Virus record (IMG/VR): IMGVR_UViG_3300037631_000333
Span: 1 to 30,218 of that record
DNA: 30,218 bases
Reading direction: 5' to 3' (one strand)
Origin: a virus
Taxonomy: Duplodnaviria; Caudoviricetes
Position 1 is the first letter of the stretch, and every line of letters begins with the position of its first letter. Made by a program: the position numbers and the translations under genes. The notes under the pieces are model-generated. The model did not search any database. It had not been told where the DNA came from and saw only the letters and a program-made list of their open reading frames with translations. Shown here piece after piece: positions 6,268 to 15,744 of the stretch.

Positions 6268-8491
6268 TATATACAGGGTACTTGAGGAATACATACCCAA
6301 GAGTGTGCTCTCCAACAAGAACAGGGCTAAGAGTTGGAAGTATGGCTACAACGACACCTATGACCTTATTGTAATATCCAAGGACGGTACTTTAGGTGAG
6401 GTTATTGAAATTCAAAATTTAAGGATAGGACTACCACTAGCTCCTAGTAAGTGTTACAAGAGGCACGCTAAAAAAGAGAAGCAGTATTGGGAGAGGAAAG
6501 AACTTCCAAAGGAACTTACAAAGATACAATCTATTTTTCAATGGAATGACATGCCTAAGGAGTTTAAGAATAGGTGGGTAGATTTCATTGAGAAGGAGTT
6601 TGATTTTAGGGAGGATGGCTATTGGTTTATGAACAACGGTAAGCCTACATACATGACAGGCTCTCACTACATGTACCTTCAGTGGACATCTATTGATGTT
6701 GGATACCCTGACTTTAGGGAGGCTAACAGGCTGCTATATATTTTTTGGGAGGCGTGTAAGGCAGACAAGAGAAGTTTTGGAATGGTTTACTTAAAGATAA
6801 GGCGTTCAGGATTCTCATTCATGTCATCATCAGAGTGTGTAAGCACTGCTACTTTAGCCAAGGATGCAAGGGTTGGGATACTATCCAAGACGGGTAGCGA
6901 TGCCAAGAAGATGTTCACCGACAAGGTTGTGCCAATAAACAGCAGGCTACCGTTCTTCTTCAAGCCTATTATGGACGGCATGGATAAACCAAAGACTGAG
7001 TTAGCATACCGTGTGCCTGCTGCTAAGATTACCAAGAAGAATATGTTCGACTCCGACGATGACATTATAGAGGGTTTGGATACCACGATAGATTGGAAGA
7101 ACACGGACGACAACAGCTATGATGGTGAAAAGCTTCTACTGCTAGTACACGACGAGAGTGGGAAGTGGATAAAGCCTAACAACATCCTAAACAATTGGCG
7201 TGTAACTAAGACCTGTCTTAGGTTGGGTAGCAAGATTATAGGTAAGTGTATGATGGGTTCTACATCAAACGCTTTATCTAAGGGTGGAAGTAATTTCAAG
7301 AAACATTACGAGGACTCTAACGTACAGAAGAGGAGTGCCAATGGTCAAACAAGGAGTGGGCTGTATTCATTGTTTATACCTATGGAGTGGAACATGGAGG
7401 GGTTCATTGACAGGTATGGGATGCCTGTGTTAATCAATCCTAAACAACCTTTGTTGGGGATAGACAACGAACTTATTCATCAGGGAGCTATTGACTATTG
7501 GCAAGCTGAAGTTGATTCACTAAAGAATGATGCCGATGCATTGAATGAGTTCTATAGGCAGTTCCCAAGAACAGAGTCTCATGCGTTTAGGGATGAGAGC
7601 AAGCAGTCTATATTTAACTTAACAAAGATATATCAGCAGATAGACTACAACGACTCATTGATACGTGAGCATCATGTAACACGTGGTTCTTTTAGTTGGA
7701 ATAATGGGGTAAAGGACACGAAGGTTATATTCTCACCCAACAAGAGTGGCAGGTTCTATGTCAGTTGGACTCCCAATGATAAGATAAACACTGCACCTAT
7801 AAACAGAAATGGATTGAAGTACCCGCCCAATGAGCACTTAGGTGCGTTTGGTTGTGACTCTTATGACATATCAGGGGTTGTCGGAGGTGGAGGTTCAAAC
7901 GGAGCATTGCACGGACTAACCAAGTTTAACATGGACGATGCACCAAGCAATGAGTTCTTCTTGGAGTATGTAGCCCGACCACAGACGGCAGAGATATTTT
8001 ACGAAGACGTTCTTATGGCGTGTGTGTTCTATGGGATGCCAATACTGATAGAGAACAACAAGCCAAGGCTGCTATACCATTTCAAGAACAGGGGTTACAG
8101 AGGCTACTGCACAAACAGACCTGACAAGCATTACAATAAGCTATCCAAGACTGAAAGGGAATTGGGTGGAATACCAAACACAAGCGAGGACGTTAAGCAG
8201 GCACACGCATCAGCAATAGAGTCTTACATTGAGAAGTATGTTGGGGTAGACTTGGATGGTTCGTACAGACCGTCTGATGAGTTTGGCTCTATGATTTTTA
8301 CAAGGACCTTAGAGGATTGGGCAAAGTTTGATATAACCAACAGGACTAAGTTTGATGCATCAATAAGTTCAGGTTTGGCTATCATGGCTTGCCAAAAACA
8401 CCTATATCAGCCTGAGAGAAAACAATCAAAAATAAACATTAACTTTGCAAGATATAATAACAAGGGAACAACAAGTCAAATTATTACATGA
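6212..8491 (+). CDS. terL: Terminase large subunit (start uncertain: GTG 6212 or TTG 6245)
   Basis: Walker A-like LKIRRSGFS, Walker B LLVHDESGK, coupling motif GSTSN, and nuclease acidic motifs FGCDSYD, IENN and FDASIS. Confidence 0.93.
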   Translation: MDQARWIQNKGLQKEGQNNIYRVLEEYIPKSVLSNKNRAKSWKYGYNDTYDLIVISKDGTLGEVIEIQNLRIGLPLAPSKCYKRHAKKEKQYWERKELPKELTKIQSIFQWNDMPKEFKNRWVDFIEKEFDFREDGYWFMNNGKPTYMTGSHYMYLQWTSIDVGYPDFREANRLLYIFWEACKADKRSFGMVYLKIRRSGFSFMSSSECVSTATLAKDARVGILSKTGSDAKKMFTDKVVPINSRLPFFFKPIMDGMDKPKTELAYRVPAAKITKKNMFDSDDDIIEGLDTTIDWKNTDDNSYDGEKLLLLVHDESGKWIKPNNILNNWRVTKTCLRLGSKIIGKCMMGSTSNALSKGGSNFKKHYEDSNVQKRSANGQTRSGLYSLFIPMEWNMEGFIDRYGMPVLINPKQPLLGIDNELIHQGAIDYWQAEVDSLKNDADALNEFYRQFPRTESHAFRDESKQSIFNLTKIYQQIDYNDSLIREHHVTRGSFSWNNGVKDTKVIFSPNKSGRFYVSWTPNDKINTAPINRNGLKYPPNEHLGAFGCDSYDISGVVGGGGSNGALHGLTKFNMDDAPSNEFFLEYVARPQTAEIFYEDVLMACVFYGMPILIENNKPRLLYHFKNRGYRGYCTNRPDKHYNKLSKTERELGGIPNTSEDVKQAHASAIESYIEKYVGVDLDGSYRPSDEFGSMIFTRTLEDWAKFDITNRTKFDASISSGLAIMACQKHLYQPERKQSKININFARYNNKGTTSQIIT
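8440..8447 (+). promoter_or_regulatory. Possible -7 promoter for the portal gene, inside the 3' end of terL
   Basis: TAACTTTG, 40 nt upstream of the portal ATG in an AT-rich context. Confidence 0.4.
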
Positions 8492-10926
8492 AGGATGTCA
8501 AAATAAACATTTCATCGACAGGGTTTCCTAGTCAATTTGTTTCAGATTCTGAAAAGGCAACGGATGCTTTCGGTTTACAAATCGGGCAAGCTATTCAGTA
8601 TGAGTGGTTCAAAAAAGACGGGAATCAGTGTAGGTTTTATGACCAATGGAGAAACTTCCATAGGTTAAGGTTATATGCTCGTGGAGAGCAGCCGGTTGGA
8701 AAGTATAAGAATGAGTTGGCTATTAATGGCGACCTGTCTTACTTAAACTTAGATTGGACACCCGTTCCAATAATGCCTAAGTTTGTTGACATCGTAGTGA
8801 ACGGAATGTCTGACAGGCTCTTCAAGGTTAAGGCATACGCTCAGGATGCAATGTCTCAATCAAAGAGAAGCAAGTATCAGAATATGATAGAGGGGCAGAT
8901 GGCTGCCAAGCCTTTGTTGAACATTATACAGGAGAAGGCGGGAGTAAATCCGTTTACGGTAGACCCTGACGACCTTCCTGCTAATGATGAGGAGTTGGCT
9001 TTATATATGCAGCTTAACTATAAGCCTGCTATAGAGATAGCTGAAGAGGAGGCTATCAATACAATGCTTGAGGAAAACAAGTATATTGACCTACGTAAGA
9101 GGCTTGACTATGACCTAACCGTGTTAGGAATATCTACAGCCAAGCATGAGTTCCTTCCGGGTTCAGGTGTCGAGGTTAAGTATGTAGACCCCGCTAATGT
9201 TGTTTACAGCTACACAGAAGACCCTCACTTCAAAGACTGTTTCTATTGGGGTGAAATTAAAACAGTTCCTATAACTGAGTTATTAAAGATTGACCCTAAG
9301 CTTACCAAGGAAGACCTAGAAGAGATTTCTAAAAGTGGGCAGAGTTGGTATGACTACTATAACACAGCTCAGTATTATGATAACGATATTTTCTATAGAG
9401 ATACTGTGACGCTAATGTACTTCAACTACAAGACCACTAAGAAGATGGTCTACAAGAAGAAAGTAAACGAAGAGACAGGTAGCACTAAAGTAATTGAGAA
9501 GGACGACCAATTCAATCCCCCACAAGAAATGATGGACGAGGGGAACTTTGAAAAGCTTTCCAAAACAATTGACGTATGGTACGATGGGGTAATGGTCATG
9601 GGCACTAACTACATACTAAAGTGGAATCTTGCTGAGAACATGGTTAGACCTAAGTCAACAAGTCAGTACGCATTACCAAACTATGTGGCAGTTGCACCGA
9701 GAATGTATAAGGGAGTTATCGAGTCATTGGTTAGGAGAATGATTCCATTCGCTGACTTGATTCAGATTACACACTTAAAACTACAGCAGGTTATATCCAA
9801 GGTTGTTCCCGACGGAGTATTTATAGATGCAGATGGATTAAATGAGGTTGACCTTGGGACAGGTAACGCATATAACCCTGAGGATGCATTAAGGCTATAC
9901 TTCCAAACGGGTAGTGTTGTAGGTAGGTCATACACTCAGGATGGTGAGTATAATAACGCACGAGTTCCTATACAGCAGTTAACGTCAAATTCGGGTGCGT
10001 CTAAGACGCAAATGCTTATAGGCAACTATAACCATTATATGAACATGTTACGCTCTGTAACAGGCTTAAATGAGGCGAGAGACGGAAGTATGCCTGACCC
10101 TAACTCATTGGTTGGAGTTCAAAAGCTTGCTGCGTTGAATTCAAACACAGCCACACGTCATATACTTAATGGAAGCTTATATATGTTCAGGACCTTGTCT
10201 GAGGCTTTAACCTATAGAATTGCTGATGTATTAGAGTATTCTGATTTTAAGGACGACTTTATAAATAAGATTGGCAAGTACAACGTGTCAATACTTAACG
10301 ACATCAAAGACCTTTATATATATGACTTCGGTATATTTATTGAGGTAGCACCGGACGAGGAAGAGAAGGCACAGCTTGAGCAGAATATTCAAATGGCTCT
10401 TTCAAAGGGAGACATTAACTTGGAGGATGCTATAGACATCAGGGAATTGAAGAATATAAAACTAGCGAACCAACTACTAAAAGTTAAGCGTAAGTCTAAG
10501 CAAGACCGAGAGGAGAAGATGGCTATGCAGTCACAGCAGATGCAAGCACAGCAACAGATGCAGTCCCAACAGATGGCTGCACAGACTGCTATGCAAAAAC
10601 TTCAAATGGAGTCACAGGCTCAGATGCAAATTAATCAGGCTGAACTACAGTCTAAGTTGAATCTAAGGGAGCAAGAAGCTCAATTGAAGTTGATGCTTAT
10701 GGAGAGAGAGTTTGAGATGAACCTTCAGTTGAGGGGGATGGAAGCTTCTCAGTTAGCGGGTCGTGAGCAAAGCAGGGAGGATGCTAAGTCTAAGAGAATA
10801 AGTCAGCAGAATACTGAGCAGAGTAAGCTAATAAACCAACGGAAGAATAACCTTCCGCCAATGAACTTTGAGTCTAATGAGGATAGTTTGGATGGGTTTG
10901 ACCTAGCTGAGTTCTCTCCACGATAG
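8488..10926 (+). CDS. Portal protein (podovirus/crAss-like, with Gln-rich C-terminal barrel helix)
   Basis: Lies between TerL and the scaffold. Motifs PIMPKFVDIVVNG, SLVRRMIPF and VTGLNEARDG, plus a long Q/M-rich coiled coil. Confidence 0.9.
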   Translation: MKDVKINISSTGFPSQFVSDSEKATDAFGLQIGQAIQYEWFKKDGNQCRFYDQWRNFHRLRLYARGEQPVGKYKNELAINGDLSYLNLDWTPVPIMPKFVDIVVNGMSDRLFKVKAYAQDAMSQSKRSKYQNMIEGQMAAKPLLNIIQEKAGVNPFTVDPDDLPANDEELALYMQLNYKPAIEIAEEEAINTMLEENKYIDLRKRLDYDLTVLGISTAKHEFLPGSGVEVKYVDPANVVYSYTEDPHFKDCFYWGEIKTVPITELLKIDPKLTKEDLEEISKSGQSWYDYYNTAQYYDNDIFYRDTVTLMYFNYKTTKKMVYKKKVNEETGSTKVIEKDDQFNPPQEMMDEGNFEKLSKTIDVWYDGVMVMGTNYILKWNLAENMVRPKSTSQYALPNYVAVAPRMYKGVIESLVRRMIPFADLIQITHLKLQQVISKVVPDGVFIDADGLNEVDLGTGNAYNPEDALRLYFQTGSVVGRSYTQDGEYNNARVPIQQLTSNSGASKTQMLIGNYNHYMNMLRSVTGLNEARDGSMPDPNSLVGVQKLAALNSNTATRHILNGSLYMFRTLSEALTYRIADVLEYSDFKDDFINKIGKYNVSILNDIKDLYIYDFGIFIEVAPDEEEKAQLEQNIQMALSKGDINLEDAIDIRELKNIKLANQLLKVKRKSKQDREEKMAMQSQQMQAQQQMQSQQMAAQTAMQKLQMESQAQMQINQAELQSKLNLREQEAQLKLMLMEREFEMNLQLRGMEASQLAGREQSREDAKSKRISQQNTEQSKLINQRKNNLPPMNFESNEDSLDGFDLAEFSPR

Positions 10927-10928
10927 TC

Positions 10929-10960
10929 TTGAAATCTATAAATAATTTTTATTAATTTTG
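10929..10960 (+). promoter_or_regulatory. Bacteroidota promoter for the scaffold-capsid unit
   Basis: TTG (10929-10931), a 21-nt spacer, then TAATTTTG (10953-10960). Confidence 0.6.
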
Positions 10961-10978
10961 TAAATCAAATATAATCAC

Positions 10979-12064
10979 ATGGAATTTAAAGTAAAAGCCA
11001 TTGACGGCATCGAGCAGAAGTCTGTTCAAGAAGTAGAAAGCGAACTATTAAAATCGCACGAAGAAAATTTTAATGAAAAGGGTGACACTACGGTTACTGA
11101 GGAAGTAGAAAGTGTAGAGTCAAACACTGAGATTCCTGAGTTACAGGAGGAGGACGTTCTTTCATTTATTAAGAATAAGTATGATAAGGAGATTACATCT
11201 GTTGAGGATTTGTTTCAGGCTCGTGAAGAGAGTGAACCACTCCCGGAAGATGTGGCTACTTATTTAAAATACAAGAAGGATACAGGTAGAGGCTTTGAAG
11301 ACTTCTCTAAGTTAAATAGAGACGTTGACAAAATTGACCCTGATAGACTTCTTAAGGATTATCTAACCGCTACTGAGAAGGGTCTTGACGAAGAGGACAT
11401 AGACGCATTGATGGAGGACTACTCCTTCGATGAGGACTTTGATGACGAGACTACTATCAAGAAGGTTAGGTTACAAAAAAAGAAAGCAATTGCTAAAGCC
11501 AAAGACTACTTTGAGTCTGAGAAAGAAAAGTACAGGATTCCTCTTGAGTCAAGTGGGAGTTCTATTTCAGAGGATGACAAAAAAGCGTTAGAGGATTATA
11601 AGCAGTATGTTCAACAGGCGACAACCTACGAGGAAGAAGCAAAGCGTAAGTCAGAGTGGTTTATGCAAAAGACAGACGAAGTGTTCGGAGGGGAGTTCAA
11701 AGGTTTTGAGTTCTCTATTGATGGAGATAAGAAAGTCGTTTACGCTCCCGGTGATTCGAGTGAACTATTAAGTAGTCAGAAAAATCCATCAACTTTTATT
11801 CAAAAGTTTTTAGATGACGATGGACTATTAAAAGATGCAGTTGGATACCATAGGTCATTAGCCATCGCAATGAATCCTGAAAAGTTTGCTAAGTTCTTTT
11901 ATGAGCAAGGCAAGTCGGTTGCTACCGAGGATGTTATACGTAAGACTAAAAACATAAACATGTCTACACGTACTGCACCTGAGGTGACAAGCAAGGGAGG
12001 AGTTCAAGTTAAAGCCGTAAACCCTTCATCGGGCAGAGGCTTGAAAATAAAAAGTAGAAAGTAA
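10979..12064 (+). CDS. Probable capsid scaffolding protein
   Basis: Very acidic and helical with a basic C-terminal tail, located between portal and capsid genes. Confidence 0.75.
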   Translation: MEFKVKAIDGIEQKSVQEVESELLKSHEENFNEKGDTTVTEEVESVESNTEIPELQEEDVLSFIKNKYDKEITSVEDLFQAREESEPLPEDVATYLKYKKDTGRGFEDFSKLNRDVDKIDPDRLLKDYLTATEKGLDEEDIDALMEDYSFDEDFDDETTIKKVRLQKKKAIAKAKDYFESEKEKYRIPLESSGSSISEDDKKALEDYKQYVQQATTYEEEAKRKSEWFMQKTDEVFGGEFKGFEFSIDGDKKVVYAPGDSSELLSSQKNPSTFIQKFLDDDGLLKDAVGYHRSLAIAMNPEKFAKFFYEQGKSVATEDVIRKTKNINMSTRTAPEVTSKGGVQVKAVNPSSGRGLKIKSRK

Positions 12065-12093
12065 AAAATTAAAAAACTAAAAAATTAGAAAAA

Positions 12094-13488
12094 ATGGCAG
12101 GACAAGTTAATGCTACTCCGGGGTTTGCACTACAACCAAGTGCAGAACAAGTACCCTTAGCGAGTAATTATATTACGAATTTCGATTTCTTAAATCAGTA
12201 TCTTCCGGATACATATGAGAAAGAATTTGAAAGATACGGCAATCGTACAATCTCATCATTCTTAAGAATGGTAGGAGCGGAAATGCCGTCAAACTCAGAC
12301 CTTATTAAATGGGCTGAACAAGGACGACTACATACTAAGTATGTAGATTGTAGTACTACAGCTATTGCAGGTGCTGACATAGCCACTATTTCTGTGTTGG
12401 ATGCAGGAGTTACAAGCATTGTAGTACGTGTAGGTCAGACGGTTATGATTTCTGACAACGCAGGTACAGGCTCAAATAAAGCTATCGTTACAGCGGTTGA
12501 TACTGCTGCAGGTACTTTTGATGTGGCTTACTATGAGGCAGGCGGACAAGTTCCTGCTGCGGGTCAAACATTAAGCGTATTCATTTACGGTTCTGAGTTT
12601 GCAAAAGGAACTGAAGGAATGCAAGGTTCTTTAGAGTCTGAAGATTCTATCTTTCAGAACAATCCAATTATCATTAAAGATAGATACGCAGTATCAGGGT
12701 CTGATATGGCTCAGATTGGATGGGTTGAAGTAACAACAGAGAACGGTGCAAGTGGATACCTTTGGTATTTGAAGTCTGAGCACGAAACAAGATTACGTTT
12801 TGACGACCATCTTGAGACTGCAATGATTGAAGCAGTACCTATGGATAATGTTGCCAATGCCGGAACTGCTAACGGTTCTGAAGGTGTATTCTTTGTAGTA
12901 GAAAATAGAGGAAACGTATGGGGCGGTGGATTCCCTGAAACTCTTGCTGAGTTTGATACTATTGTTACTCGACTAGACAGACAAGGTTCTATCGAAGAAA
13001 ACGTAATCTTTGTAGATAGAGATTTTTCTTTCGGTATTGACGATATGTTAGCTGCTCAAAACAACAATGCTGCAGGTGGTACTTCTTATGGATTGTTTGA
13101 CAACGACAAAGACATGGCTTTAAACTTAGGATTCACAGGATTCCGAAGAGGTTATGACTTCTATAAGTCTGATTGGAAATACTTAAACGATGTAACTATG
13201 CGTGGCGATATGTCAGGTGCAGCAGGTTCAGGTAGAGTTAATGGACTCTTAGTACCTGCAGGTTCAACGTCTGTGTATGACCAAATCTTAGGAAAGAATG
13301 CTAAACGTCCTTTCTTACACGTTCGTTACAGAGCTTCAGAAACTGAAGATAGACGTTACAAAACGTGGATTACAGGTTCAGCAGGTGGTGCTATGACAAG
13401 CTCTCTTGATGCAATGGAAGTACACTTCCTTTCAGAAAGAGCTGTATGTACACTAGGTGCTAACAACTTCTTCTTATTCTCTGAGTAA
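12094..13488 (+). CDS. Major capsid protein (HK97 fold, with insertion domain)
   Basis: 464 aa. Motifs IKWAEQGRLH, GSEFAKG, NNPIIIKD.Y.VSGS and HFLSER...GANNF. Followed by a strong terminator. Confidence 0.9.
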   Translation: MAGQVNATPGFALQPSAEQVPLASNYITNFDFLNQYLPDTYEKEFERYGNRTISSFLRMVGAEMPSNSDLIKWAEQGRLHTKYVDCSTTAIAGADIATISVLDAGVTSIVVRVGQTVMISDNAGTGSNKAIVTAVDTAAGTFDVAYYEAGGQVPAAGQTLSVFIYGSEFAKGTEGMQGSLESEDSIFQNNPIIIKDRYAVSGSDMAQIGWVEVTTENGASGYLWYLKSEHETRLRFDDHLETAMIEAVPMDNVANAGTANGSEGVFFVVENRGNVWGGGFPETLAEFDTIVTRLDRQGSIEENVIFVDRDFSFGIDDMLAAQNNNAAGGTSYGLFDNDKDMALNLGFTGFRRGYDFYKSDWKYLNDVTMRGDMSGAAGSGRVNGLLVPAGSTSVYDQILGKNAKRPFLHVRYRASETEDRRYKTWITGSAGGAMTSSLDAMEVHFLSERAVCTLGANNFFLFSE

Positions 13489-13503
13489 GATGTATTTTAA
13501 TAG

Positions 13504-13536
13504 GAGTGTGTCTTTAGGGGCACACTCTTTTTTTTT
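13504..13536 (+). terminator. Rho-independent terminator
   Basis: GAGTGTGTC/GGCACACTC stem followed by T9. Confidence 0.9.
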
Positions 13537-13555
13537 AATCTAATAATATCTAATT

Positions 13556-14305
13556 ATGAAAAAGACAGTAACAATGGTAGACAAGGTCTACAAACTAACA
13601 AGGAATGCAGCACCTTTATCTTACACGCTGCCAACAAGAAATTCAAGAAGATTTCCTTTAATGTACTTTGATGAAAGTAAAAATGTAAACCGTGCATTAC
13701 GTTATGCTAGAAACCAAAAGAGCCCCTTCGAGGATGAGCAGGATGGGAATGCTATCCTAGACCCCGTTATTTTTATTGATGGCATGCTAAGGGTTGAAAG
13801 AACAAACCCTGTACTACAAGAATTTTTACACTACCACCCTTCTAATGGTAGAAAGTTTGTTGAGGTAAACAAGGAGCAGGACGCTACAAAAGATATTGAT
13901 AACTTAAATGAAGAGGTTGATGCACTAATAGCGGCAAGAGGTCTTGAGATTGATATGCTTGAAAGTATTTCTAGAGTTCTATTTGGAACGGATGTATCAA
14001 AGGTTTCAACAGCAGAGTTGAAGAGAGATGTGTTGGTTTTTGCTAGAAAAGAACCTAGAGAGTTTCTTAACGTACTCAACGACCCTATGCTAAAACTTCA
14101 GGCTAAGATACATTTATTCTTTGATGAGGGTTTACTTACATTTAGGAAAAATAAAAAAGAGGTTTGGTTTAGTACTAAGTCCAACAAGAAGAGAATGCTT
14201 GTCGTACCTTACGGAGAAGACCCGTACTTTATGGTGGCATCATTCTTCACAAGCGATGATGGTATTGAGTCATTGAAAATGCTTGAGAGTATACTAGAGG
14301 GATAA
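13556..14305 (+). CDS. Hypothetical phage protein downstream of the capsid gene (249 aa)
   Basis: ORF track. Its position suggests a head-associated role, but no motif was recognised. Confidence 0.75.
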   Translation: MKKTVTMVDKVYKLTRNAAPLSYTLPTRNSRRFPLMYFDESKNVNRALRYARNQKSPFEDEQDGNAILDPVIFIDGMLRVERTNPVLQEFLHYHPSNGRKFVEVNKEQDATKDIDNLNEEVDALIAARGLEIDMLESISRVLFGTDVSKVSTAELKRDVLVFARKEPREFLNVLNDPMLKLQAKIHLFFDEGLLTFRKNKKEVWFSTKSNKKRMLVVPYGEDPYFMVASFFTSDDGIESLKMLESILEG

Positions 14306-14330
14306 TATTAAGTATAAGTTTACAAGGAAG

Positions 14331-14359
14331 GGTGTCTGAAAACAGACACCTTTTTTTTT
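14331..14359 (+). terminator. Rho-independent terminator
   Basis: GGTGTCTG-AAAA-CAGACACC followed by T9. Confidence 0.92.
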
Positions 14360-14360
14360 G

Positions 14361-14368
14361 TATCTTTG
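14361..14368 (+). promoter_or_regulatory. Bacteroidota -7 promoter element
   Basis: TATCTTTG immediately after the terminator. Confidence 0.65.
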
Positions 14369-14398
14369 TCTTTTATTAATACTTAAACTTTTTTTATT

Positions 14399-14713
14399 AT
14401 GAGTAAATTTTTATCATTCGAAACTACAAATAACGGCACGGTATTATTCCCTATTGGGGACGGGTGCGTTATGAATATTAGTAGCCCTGAGGCTTTAGCT
14501 ATAACCAATGGTTTAATTGTTATTATGTTTGCGGGCACAAATATGTCTCAATCTCTTATTGACAGCATTAATAGTGCACAGGTAGAAGCATTTCAAACTT
14601 CTTGGACACAGGCGGTATCTGTTGTTAGCATACCTTTCGGTACTACTATTGACTCTATTAGTTTTGAAGGTGGAGGTGGAGAAGTAGGTCCTGAAGGTCC
14701 TCCTGCCCCATAA
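14399..14713 (+). CDS. Small hypothetical protein in its own transcription unit (104 aa)
   Basis: ORF track. Bracketed by a promoter and a terminator, with a Gly/Pro-rich tail. Confidence 0.75.
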   Translation: MSKFLSFETTNNGTVLFPIGDGCVMNISSPEALAITNGLIVIMFAGTNMSQSLIDSINSAQVEAFQTSWTQAVSVVSIPFGTTIDSISFEGGGGEVGPEGPPAP

Positions 14714-14732
14714 ATAATAATTAATATCAATG

Positions 14733-14765
14733 AGACCTCTTCAAATGAAGGGGTCTTTTTTTTTT
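14733..14765 (+). terminator. Rho-independent terminator
   Basis: AGACCTCTTC-AAAT-GAAGGGGTCT followed by a T-run. Confidence 0.88.
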
Positions 14766-14768
14766 ACT

Positions 14769-14776
14769 TATCTTTG
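14769..14776 (+). promoter_or_regulatory. Bacteroidota -7 promoter element
   Basis: TATCTTTG right after the terminator, upstream of ATG 14791. Confidence 0.65.
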
Positions 14777-14790
14777 TGAAAAGATTCACG

Positions 14791-15744
14791 ATGATAAATA
14801 CAGTTAGAAATACAGTTCTGTCTGTCCTTAATAAAAATAATTACGGATACCTTTCACCATCTGACTTTAACCTGTTTGCAAAGCAGGCACAGTTAGACTT
14901 GTTTGAAAGTTATTTCTATGCATACAACTATCAGATAAACAAAGAGAATGCTAGAACGTCAGGTACAGGTTATGCAGACATTACAAAGGGAATAGAGGAG
15001 GAGTTAAATCTTTTTTCAGAGACAAAGGGTTTAATCAATCAGGTGGGAGGCAAGTACTTTGCACCATCACCTACGACAACAGGTAGCGACTACTACCTTA
15101 TAAATAAGGTATTGGTATATAAAGAAGTTTTAACCGAGGGTACTACTACATCTAATGTAGTTGGAGGGAATCAGGTTATTGACACATCAGCTACGTTTAC
15201 ATCAACCGTTAGTGTTGGTGATATTGTGGCGGTAGAGAATGGTGGCGTTCAATACCTTACTGTCACGGTTGTAAACTCAGACACTGAGCTTACGGTTACG
15301 GGAACTTCCTTTAATGCAGCACCACAGGACTATGCAATATATAAGAAGGGGACACAGTTGAATGAGGCTGAGAAGGTAACTCATAGTAAGATTACTATGC
15401 TTAACAACTCTACATTAATAAGCCCAAGCGTTTTGTTTCCTGCATACACAACAGAGAGTGTATCATTGGATGTATACCCTGACACGTTAGATTCCATTGG
15501 TCGGGTAGTGTCTCAGTATATACGATACCCTAAAGACCCTAATTGGACATTTATATCATTAACTAATGGTGAGCCTTCGTTTGATGCGTCTAACGCTGAC
15601 TACCAAGATTTTGAGTTAGCATTAGATTCAGAGGCTGACTTGGTAATGAAAATACTTCAGTACGCAGGGGTGTCTATTAGGGAGACAGAGATTTATAATT
15701 TTGCACAAACGGAAGAAACTCAAAATAATCAAGAAGAAGCATAA
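14791..15744 (+). CDS. Head-tail adaptor / tail tubular (ring) protein with an inserted beta domain
   Basis: NKNNYGYLSP.DFNLFAKQAQ...YIRYPKDP...LVMKILQYAGVSIRE pattern of ring proteins in crAss-related phages. ATG 14791 is preferred because GTG 14776 overlaps the promoter. Confidence 0.75.
   Translation: MINTVRNTVLSVLNKNNYGYLSPSDFNLFAKQAQLDLFESYFYAYNYQINKENARTSGTGYADITKGIEEELNLFSETKGLINQVGGKYFAPSPTTTGSDYYLINKVLVYKEVLTEGTTTSNVVGGNQVIDTSATFTSTVSVGDIVAVENGGVQYLTVTVVNSDTELTVTGTSFNAAPQDYAIYKKGTQLNEAEKVTHSKITMLNNSTLISPSVLFPAYTTESVSLDVYPDTLDSIGRVVSQYIRYPKDPNWTFISLTNGEPSFDASNADYQDFELALDSEADLVMKILQYAGVSIRETEIYNFAQTEETQNNQEEA

Noticed and set aside
10500-10780. Gln/Met-rich repetitive stretch in the portal gene
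   Set aside because: Ordinary low-complexity coiled-coil barrel of podovirus portals, not a DNA repeat element.
14668-14710. Collagen-like GPEGPP tail
   Set aside because: Only two Gly-X-Y triplets, too short for a triple helix.
14776-14790. GTG start given by the ORF track (likewise TTG at 22848)
   Set aside because: Both overlap the promoter motif, and downstream ATGs at 14791 and 22854 fit better.
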